Assembly: GCA_026770705.1 (NCBI GenBank) | Contig: JANJGN010000014.1 | Location: 115,258,001 to 115,322,000, forward strand | DNA: 64,000 nt | Source of the DNA: Isurus oxyrinchus | Taxonomy: Eukaryota | Reading direction: 5' to 3' | In this document: in pieces, positions 54,896 through 64,000 of the stretch | Layout: each line of letters starts with the position of its first letter | Position numbering within the stretch: position 1 is the first letter of the stretch | Made by a program: the position numbers and the translations under genes | Notes under the pieces: model-generated | The model's input: only the letters and a program-made list of their open reading frames with translations | What the model was told of the DNA's origin: nothing | The model's database searches: none

Positions 54896-55444
54896 TCTAT
54901 TGATATTACTAGTATAAAAGTACTGTAATTTACTGAATAAATCTATATTCTATATAAAGCTATATATAATGTCAATTAGCCACGATCACATGCAATTTAA
55001 TCTTATTCTTTTAAGCTTATCATTAAAGTCCCACTAAATCTTTTCAGAGCAGTTTGCATGTTTTTACAAAGTATATCAAAATCCTGAATGGAAAATACCA
55101 AAAGGAGAAGGAATCGTTTTACAATTGCAGTGTTTGGCTGGTTGTAGGCCACTTTTTTTGCAAATATTCTTCTATCTCATCTTGAAGGCACTGGTTCTAG
55201 CTGGAAACTGTCTATTGTCATCAGCAGTCTTCCTGTATGGTGGCCAGGTGACGCATGAGACTAAATGGTGAATGTGGCAGTTCACTTGCCCATGATAGGT
55301 ATTAAGCAGAGGCAAATTGCATTCTCAGCTGACAGCAAAACATGTACTTTCCAGTAAAGATCAATGTATAGAAACCTAGAAACATAGAATATTTAAGGTA
55401 CAAGAGGAGGCCATTTGGCCCATTTTGTCTGCCAGTTTAGGTAC

Positions 55445-55630
55445 CTGCTCAGTGGCAGTACTCTCATCTCTGCGTTAGAAGATTATGGGTTCAAGCCCAC
55501 TACAGGGCTTCTGCACACAATCCAGGCCGATCCCAGTGCAACGTTTATGGAGTGCTGCCATGTTAAGGTGTTGTCTTTCAGATGAGGCATCAAATTGAGG
55601 CCCTCTCAGGAGGTTGTAAAAGATTTCAAA
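55445..55630 (+). mobile_element. DeuSINE-type fragment (tRNA head + Deu domain)
   Basis: A box GCTCAGTGG and B box GGGTTCAAGCCC, then CCCAGTGCA..GGAGTGCTGC..GGTG..GTCTTTCAGATGAG..AAA..GAGGCC, as recalled for the SacSINE1/AmnSINE1 Deu domain. Confidence 0.75.
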
Positions 55631-56894
55631 ATGATTTTGTACTTATGCAAATGTAACTTCCTTCAGGGAATAAAAAAACCCTACAATGTATGTATAGTGC
55701 TGAAGCTTTAAATTACACGTCATACACCAGTATCAAAACAGGGAACAGAAAAAATAAAGGCAATCTATGCAACTGCATAAGGGACACAGTCATAAAGGGA
55801 TGTTGATGAGATTATTTCCAGACAAGCAGTTGTGACATTGCCTTGCTCAGAATGGACCAGACCAGCCTACGGGAACAATATGTTTTAACTGCTTGGGAAA
55901 AACTATCCAGAGTACAACATCTATATTCAAACAATGTTACCCTTGATATCAAGCATAGGGTTTGGTTCCACTTTGAGTACATCACTCATCTAGACTGATA
56001 GCAAAGCTCTCTATGATATGCGTTAACATAAGGAATGTTTGTGTGCTACAAGTCTTTATTAGGCTCAACTGGCGATCTGTGCTGATTCCTGATCTGATAC
56101 ACTATTGATTCTGAAATGTGCTGATACAGTGAATTTCTCCTTCCCAGTAAGGTTTAGACCTATATACATCTAATCAGGTCTAATTTGTTTCAACCCATTT
56201 TCTTTTCATCAGGTCCTGAGCACCATAACACTGTGCAGAATATAACTGTGTTGGCATTGGATCAGGATTGGACTTTGCATTGTTCCAACAGTGTTTCTTC
56301 TCTCAAGATGGACACTATTCACCCTTCAGCTTTAAATGGATTATTGTTAGACTGATTATATTATCAATAAATTTGATTTTTGTGGCATTGCTCATTGGTG
56401 ATCTAGTGTCTTGAAGCATATTTGCAATGTTTAACTGTTATGATGGAGTGGTGTTTAACCAGACTTATTCTTTTAGAGGTAGCATTCATCCCTGTTAGCA
56501 AGCGATTTGAATAGGCACATCAGGAGGTCAGTTAGAGGCCAATTGCCGAAGGACATTGCTGTAGATTGCCAACTGCATGTAAATCTCTGCAGCTCCTGTT
56601 TTTCAACAGATGTCACTTTATTGAATTTCTTTTGAACTGTTTTGCATCTTTAACAAAATGCAACATCTGAGGTGTGACAGGCGGATTATGCCCTCAATTT
56701 TAAGGCTGTGTGGGCAGATACTAACTCATCCAGAACCTTGGCAGTGTGAGTCCTGAGAGATTTGAATTCCTGCAGGGGAGTGGAATGTCAGCTGGCAGGA
56801 GGAAGCCGCTGGAGACTAAAACAATGGTCCCCAAAGTAAATCACCATGAGAGGGTTTGGGAAATGAGGTATTGAGAGCATTTAACCCTCAGGAA

Positions 56895-57190
56895 AGGTAA
56901 GGGATCATTTACCTAGAAAAGAGAAGACTGAAAGATCTGAACCTGATGGAAGCCTTTAAAATCATGAAAGGGTTCAATACCCCAGTAGGAATTTAATGGA
57001 AAACCTCTTCACCCAGAAAGTGGAACTCGGTACTGCAGGGAACGGTTGAAGTGAATAGCATGGATACATTTAAGGGGTAACTAGATGCATACACGGTGCA
57101 TGTAATAAATAGAATTCAAATGAGCAACAGGAATAGAAGGATATGTTGATGGGACGGGGTGGATGATGGGTGGTGCAGCGGAGGCCTAAC
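56895..57190 (+). mobile_element. CR1 LINE 3' fragment
   Basis: LEKRRL...(E)AFKIMKGF coding remnants, TTCACCCAGA, CATTTAAGGGG.A.CTAGAT and AGGAATAGAAGGATATG. Confidence 0.75.
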
Positions 57191-59299
57191 TGTTTCTTGT
57201 TGGTGCCAGAACAACATTCCTGCTCCTCCTAGCTCTTCAAGGAACTGAAAGAAAATTTTGACAAAAACACTTATCTGCCTGGGTCTCTTTTAGTCCTGGC
57301 TCCCCTTCTTGCTAGGTTTGCCGCAATGGCTTCCCTGTGTAGGCCCCCCGGTTAAGATGCCAGTTGAGTTTTGAGGATATGATCAGAGACCGATCTGCAT
57401 ATATAATAAAGAAGGACCGGATGCCACTCCCACCTGCTCAGAAGAGCAGATTAAAGTCAAAACTTTTGGCAGGAGTCCAGGTGATTTTTAAATGTCTCCC
57501 TGCGTGGCTCCTGCTTGCTCTCTTTCAGAAGGTCAGCAAAGACACGATGACCAAAATGGCTTTCTTATGTGCTGTAACTGTTCGATGATTCTCTGGGCAG
57601 AATTTTACATCTCATGGGCGTGCGCGTGCCTGACGTCATCGCACACTTGCGCGATATTTCGGTCAGCAGGCGTGCTGCCGACTCCCACGCGTGCCTGCCA
57701 ACAATTAAGAGGCCCATTTATGCCATTAAAGTATTAATTAACAGCGATTTTTCACTGCCTGTCCAATCTTACAGTTGGTGGGAAATGATGGCGGGAACTT
57801 GCAGTCCCGTAAGTCATGGTGGAATAATGGCAGGTCACTATTCCTGCCAAAGGCCACCTGGAATCTGTTTAGCATGTAATAAATAGAATTCAAATGAGCA
57901 ACTGACTGGAAATTCCACCCCCCCACCCCCAAACCCCTCTAACCCCCGGCATATCCACCTTGCCGGTGGGTGCCCATGGCAGCCTGAAACACGACCAGCC
58001 CAATGTGGCATTGAGATGGCAAGGATCTACCGGTAAGGTGCAGCCTGGTCCACTCGGTGGAAGGTGCATGAAAAGCGGAGTGGTGGGGGGAATGCTTGGA
58101 CAGGTGTGGGGGCGAGAGCAGACAAAACAGAGGGTTGCTGGAACATGAGGGGTGGGGTGAAAGCTAGAGGGTGGAGGGAAAGCCAGAGCGGGGTGGTAAA
58201 TGGAACTGTGGAGCCTTACGGGGCTGGTTTGGGGGCAGGGAGGGGAGGGAGGGGAGGGACCTGGGAGAGGTGCAGGATCCATGGGAAAGAAGGGAATAGT
58301 GAAGTGGGGGGAGTTCATAGGGAGGGGCTTGTGGTCTCGATGGAGGAATCTTGGTCACAAACCGAGGGTGGGAGAGCACAGTTACTGTTAGAGGGGGCAG
58401 TGGTATATGGTAGGGTGGGAGGGTGAGAGTCCGTCTGTGGCAGGTGAAGGGCTGGTTTGAGTGGTTGGAGGGGACTTAGAGGTGAGATCTTAGATGTGAG
58501 CAGGACAAAGGTGGGCAAAGGGTCCATGACAGGCGAGGGCTGCTTGGGGTGTGAAGGCATGTGAAGGGTTACGGTGATGGGCTGCAGGGTGATGGGGGTG
58601 GTGGGTTCAAGGGTGACAGATGTGAGGTGAATGTAACACTGAGAAGTGTCAATGGTGACAGGTTGGGGAGGGTGTAGGTTACAGGAGGAGGGTAGAAGGT
58701 GTTGGAAATGGTTTGGAAGCTCAGGTGCACCATCCTGATTCTAAGGCACAGCACTGGGTCCACATTGTCGATGTCCAGTTCAAGAAAGGCTAGTTGTGAG
58801 GTGGGTCATCAGGTAGGTGGAGCTGATATTTAGCTCACCTGGACAACTGAAGGGGAAACCTAATTATCTGGCCTGACAAGGGAAAGGTCCTTCTATAGCC
58901 TCAGAAAGGCAGTGGAGCGAAAAGGAACAGAGTGTGTGTGGGAGACTTCTCACACATGGCTTTCGAGGGCCTTGGCAAAGATCAATGCCTCCATGTTGCA
59001 GTGCAGTCATGATTCAGGAGGATGGACATAGCCTGGCTTGGCCACTTGAAAGATTGAGGGGGTGGGGTGCGCACTGGCACTAATACAAGTAGCAGCAAGA
59101 AAAACCCAGCAGACCTCTTTAAAGTACAATGAATCATATACTTACAAAGGTGTAACAACTATTTTCAATGATTGTACACCCATGCTACCAGAGTGAACTT
59201 CGAACTTCTGAATTTTGCTTATGCCACCACCATGTCTAGATGCTTCCTTGACATCCAGAGCAGAGGTGGAGGCAGCCTGCTGACCACTATGCCCTGTTG

Positions 59300-61319
59300 T
59301 CTCTAATGATATTGGTGGGTATCCCCTGGGGACCCGAGACCTGAAGGGACCTAGCTTTCCTTAGGTCTCCTGTTCTGGGACAGATGCACCCTCAATGGTC
59401 CCAGAGGCTGGGACTGATGGGGTTACAGATAGAGGAATGTGTGCACACCCTTGGGGAGTCCCGGATGGAGGCCCCAGGGGTGTCTGTCTGATGCTCCTCC
59501 TCCCTTTGGGTGCCCAAGGGCCCCTCCCTGATTCCTTGAGCAGAAAGGGTTCCTGGAGGGAGATTGAAGTGCCCCATCTCCCCCTTGTGTAGCCACTGTG
59601 AAAGCTCACCCATGGCTACAGCGATGCAGGTTTGAGCGCATCTCCTGCAGAACGGGTCATTCTGCTAGACGAGGGTCCCCATGGCATCTGCTGTCATCCA
59701 CATGGAAATAATGATGCACTCACATGTTGATGCCACAACATCAGAGAGCAGGTGGAAGGAGTCCTCTGCCTCACGTGCCACTCTGTTGAGGGCCTCTGAC
59801 ACTTCTACCTTATGTTCCCCTGCGTCTTGCTGCACCTCCAGGATCTTGTCCTTGACTGCTCCCAGAGGGTCTTCATCAGACTTGACTGAGTAGAGGCCTC
59901 TTCTCCAGCAGTCCTCCAAGTGCTGGAGACCTTGGTTGTCACTGCCTCTCCGTCTGTGGATACGTGTCTGTGAGGTGACCACCGGACGGTGAGCCCCAGC
60001 CTAAACTAGACCTATGATCCACCGAGGTGAGTGTCTCTGGTCTGGCGGAGGGCGCAGGTGAATGGCTCTACAGGTGTGAATTCCTTGTCTTCATCCTCTT
60101 CCAAGGTCCTCTATGGGCTGGGGCTGGGGCTGAGTTCAGATGTGGGGCCTTAACCCTCTTGCTGCTGGCACCTGGAACGGGAAGAGGAGAGAATGAGTGA
60201 CTGCAAGGGCTGCCTCTTTCTTTGCACAGAGCCTCACCCATGGGTTTCAAGTTGCGGAGATTAAGCATGTTTCCTCACTGGATAGCCAGGGGTGGGGGAG
60301 GCCGGCCTTGCTCTCATCACAAGCATGGTCATGGTGCTCCCCTGCCAGTTCAGCAGCCAGCTGTTCAAATTGTGTGAGGGGACGGATTTTGGGCATGCCC
60401 CCTCTCACCTTCTCCATCTCACACCTTTTGTGCTCAGTCTCCTGCTGCGTAAAGATAGAAGATGGTTTATGACTACTTCTGATGCAGGTGCAGGTCACAT
60501 GCTGCTCTTTCTATGTCTAATCAGTGACATTGTGAATCCCCAATGCCTGTCCACCATAAGTGGAGGGTTTGAGGGAATACTGTCCACTTGCCTGGAGTAG
60601 TGTTGCTCCAACAGCCCTGAGGAATCTGGAGACCATGCAGGACAACACAGGCCACTTGACTGAAACCCCATCAAGCACCCTCACCTTTGAGTCTCTCCAT
60701 TGGCAGTTGTTGTGCCACATGAAAGATGCACTGCTGCTAGTCCCCAAGGGTACTTCAGCAGCACCCTCTAGACCCTCGAGCTCTAGCAGCTAGAAGGACA
60801 AGGGCAACACGGGCTTGACATCACCAGCATCCACAAGTCGCCCTCTATGCCAACTGTCGCCACCCCCACCCCCGCTGCAAACAATGTGTGCTTCAGTGTG
60901 GTCGGGACAGCAACCCACAGGGGCCACATGGACTGCAGCGGCTCTATGACGCAGCCACTCCGGTATCTTGCGGAGGGCAATTATGCATGGTCAGCACAGA
61001 TGCTGGCCTTGCCATTGATGCCCAAATCCCAGTACCAATTCAGTGAGGTGGGCAAGAGCTGTGGAAGGTTCACTTACCCTGGCAGCGTGGATTATGTCAT
61101 TCATTTGCTTTCTGCACTATAAGGCAGTCCTCCTCTGTAGAGATGTGGCATTGGCCACCTTGGCAACCTCCTCCCAGGCAGATGTGGTGAGACAGGTAGG
61201 TCTCTCCTTCCATCCCTGGGAAAGAGGACCCCCCTTCCTTCCTTCACGGACTGCAGTGGAGCCTCCTGTGAGACGTCGCTGAAGCATGGGGCCAGTGCTT
61301 GTTGCTTCCTGGGCAACAT
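59300..61319 (-). pseudogene. Harbinger Myb/SANT-like DNA-binding protein pseudogene (NAIF1/Myb_DNA-bind_5-like), three exons
   Basis: Exon 1 (61319-61078) reads MLPRKQQALAPCFSDVSQEAPLQSVKEGRGVLFPRDGR/..TSAWEEVAKVANATSLQRRTAL*CRKQMNDIIHAAR with donor GTAAGT. Exon 2 (~60444-60279) reads ETEHKRCEMEKVRGGMPKIRPLTQFEQLAAELAG with donor GTGAGG. The exon 3 acceptor ttccAG is at 60173-60172. A frameshift and a stop are present, and the 3' end is approximate. Confidence 0.8.
60520..60860 (+). mobile_element. Old CR1-group LINE fragment inside intron 1 of the Harbinger Myb gene
   Basis: EYCPLAWSSVAPTALRNLETMQDNTGHLTETPSSTL is homologous to QYSPLAWMNAAPTTFKKLNTTQDKAGCLIGT of the LINE at ~53370-53460. 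Confidence 0.85.
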
Positions 61320-64000
61320 GTCTGTCTTGCAAAGTCCTTGCGTGATGCATGAATGAATATCCGGGTGCCTTTTAAACAAGGTGCCTGGGTATAATGGTGG
61401 GGTGTGTGTGACTTCCTGCCTACCCCACCGCGTGATTCAGCATCAAATCCCCGGCTGCATTGTTAATGAGCTCAACATTGTGTGATTCGGCGAGTTTACT
61501 CGCTACGCTCTGTGGTGGGCGTCCCTCCCACTTCCTGCCCCCACATGGGATTTAGGCCCAGAGTGCTAAATCCTGGCTTGCGTGTGTGTGCGTACAGAGC
61601 TATGCCACTTACTCATCTAAAGATTTTCTCCATAAAATAGTCATTTATCCTAAAATATCCTTTGCATCCTCCTTAATTTGTTTTTTTCCCCCAAATTTTT
61701 TGTGGCTGCTGTTGGTTCATATTAGACTTTCTGGGGTTTCTTGTTTCAATTCTGCCAATATTAGAATTGGTATTTAGGTATGAGTCACAGTTGAAAACTG
61801 ACATGTTTTGTAATCATTAGTATCAATCTGAAGTAACAGTTCACACAACTATTGTAGAATGACAGGCTTGTGATCTATCAAGATGACGCCTCTTCTTTGA
61901 TTGAGAGTGACTGGAGCAACTTTGGCAGTAATACCCAGTATGAAATCTGATATTGTATTCTGGATGCTTTAAAACAAGCACCCTTTTGTTTTATCATTCC
62001 AGTTGTATATCTCCACAGTGATATCGTTCTAAAGCGCTATAGGTTGGCTCATGGGATTAAAGAAAAGAATGCTAAAATGGACAGCACCTGTTGAAAAATT
62101 GCTCCTATAGTGTGATATCTGCTGTGAAAAGCCTTGAACAATTTGTCTTTTATTTCAGATTCAGTAGCAGCATTTGTAAAACATCTTTTCTGAGGTGAAG
62201 TCAATGGATAGTTTTGCTGAGCGAGCAAAATCAGCTGGGTTTATGTGACTGAATTTAAACGATTTTCATCCGACAGAATGGGAAGAAGCTGAAGAGTCTT
62301 GATTTAACCCCTTCATGCTCGAACCCTGAATGATTAGGGTGTAGTTCGATCTGCTGTACGAGAGAGAGAGAGAGATTAGAAATCTGCAGCATTCACGGTG
62401 ATTTAAAGAATTGACAGAGCTTGCATGTAAAAGAGGCTGGTGATATTTGACATTAGATCAAAACCGCGGCATCAGAGATGATCCAGTTTTGTTGAAGCAA
62501 CTGCAAAACTCAAATTTGTAGTTAATTTAGGATGGTGGGGGGTGTGTGTAGTTGGGAGATTAAGGGGGCTTGGTCCCTGGTTCACAAGTTTGAAGGGAAT
62601 TTGGTCAATCTTATTCTAAGTACCTAACCAAAATCTGCATTTCCAAAGGCAACCTTGATAAAAAAGCTTCACCTGACCTTTAATTTTCCCCAACATGGCA
62701 ATGAAAAGATCCACAGACAGGTCTCTTTGGAAATGTATTGACTGGGTCCATTCACAATGTTTAATACCCAGTTAAGTAATTCCTCCATTGACCAGGAATA
62801 TTCTAGCTAGTAGAATATCTCATTTCATAATTATGGTACACTTAGGAGAAATCCTGATCCGGGGAAAATCCTGGTTCCAAATAGTCTCTATTATTTTAGG
62901 GGCTCAGGAGGTCTTTACTACAAGAAGGTTTCAAAATTTGGATGCTTTATGCAGAGCAGCTGTGACTAATCATCTAATGAGGAATCAGTTTGCAGTGTCT
63001 ATGAAGACAGCCTACTGGATCTCATTACATCTCGCCTTTCTTCAAAATTAATAGCTGGCTCTAAAACTTCATGCAAATCAAACTGAAGCTATACAATGGA
63101 AACTTTAAAATCACAGTCCTATAAAACGAATAATGTACAAGGTACAAAGTGTGTCTGTATTAAATGTAATCCATGGCTAAACATTAAAGGCACTACACTG
63201 TTTCATACAACACATCTGGTTTCCTGATTATTCATTTTGTTCAAGTCACAGTGACTTCCTGTTGCATGGTCTAGAGTGATTATTGAATCGCTGTAGGTAT
63301 GGACTCAGCTGGTTGCTTTGACTTTATATCTGTGGGTTGTGTTGTGTTCCGACTCACCATCATCACATGATACATCCTGCATAGTTTGCTCACTGATTTT
63401 CATAAGGTCTCTCTAATTATGACATGGCTATGAACCTCTGCATAGTTTCACAATTTAAGTCCAGGATGCAGTTTGGTATAACATGAATCTTCTCTTCAGC
63501 CAGTTCTGGTTCTGCTCATTTCTAATATGTTGCTAGGAGATAACAAGAGCAAAGGTTGACACACTGATCATGACAGCATTTCTGTGGTTTCTTCTTTTTG
63601 TCTTGACCATTTATAGTCACTAACCTTGAGGAGATTGTCCTATAATGAGTAATTTGGAGTCCATGTGACAACTCATCAGATGATGTGCAAGGGAGAACCA
63701 GTTCTCCAATGTGTTCCAATAAATCCATGTATGGATCTCAAATACTGTCACAAGCTTTCCTAATGATGCCGTTGACAAGTTGTACAAGCTTTTCAGCAAG
63801 ATTATTTGATTCAGAGTGGAACAGCTTAGAAGTAGTATGCTTTAAGTTTCACTCATCCACAAATATGTTAAGTTCCAAGCGTTCGCAAACATGGGAGTAG
63901 ATTTTCATCTTCATATATGGGCATGTGTTCTAGTGAATTGGATTGCACACCCATGAGGTCCACACCACCAGATTACTGTCCGGGTCCTGACGACAAATAT

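Larger units (their letters stand above)
57595..61579. mobile_element. PIF/Harbinger DNA transposon, decayed, retaining the Myb/SANT gene
   Basis: Ends GGGCAGAATTTTA / TAAATCCTGGC are of the same type as the MITE TIRs, and the interior encodes a Myb/SANT-like protein. The two ends could belong to different nested copies. Confidence 0.75.

Noticed and set aside
58740-59060. Possible Harbinger transposase C-terminal remnant (GGA..SP-like codons near 58810-58840)
   Set aside because: Too degenerate to support by eye; it needs a translated HMM search.

Overview
This is eukaryotic vertebrate DNA, most likely from a cartilaginous fish (inferred from its repeat families). The only host gene I can recognise is the 5' end of ZEB2 (SIP1/ZFHX1B) on the minus strand. 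It comprises non-coding exon 1 (~24736-25100), a 2.3-kb intron 1 and exon 2 with the 73-nt first coding segment [24 protein letters not shown] (22247-22319). Positions 1-22246 are part of the large intron 2, which is repeat-poor and rich in candidate conserved non-coding elements. The upstream ~37 kb is a nested transposon landscape: CR1- and L2-group LINE fragments, tRNA-derived SINEs (one with a Deu domain), a Vingi/Ingi-type LINE, a solo LTR with a 4-bp TSD, four Harbinger-type MITEs and a Harbinger element carrying a decayed, spliced Myb/SANT gene. The most unusual signal is three separate local templated insertions, each copied from DNA about 1 kb away into a repeat. I found no prokaryote-type system and no convincing novel protein-coding gene. 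All family and orthology calls come from motif recognition and recalled sequences, not from database searches.
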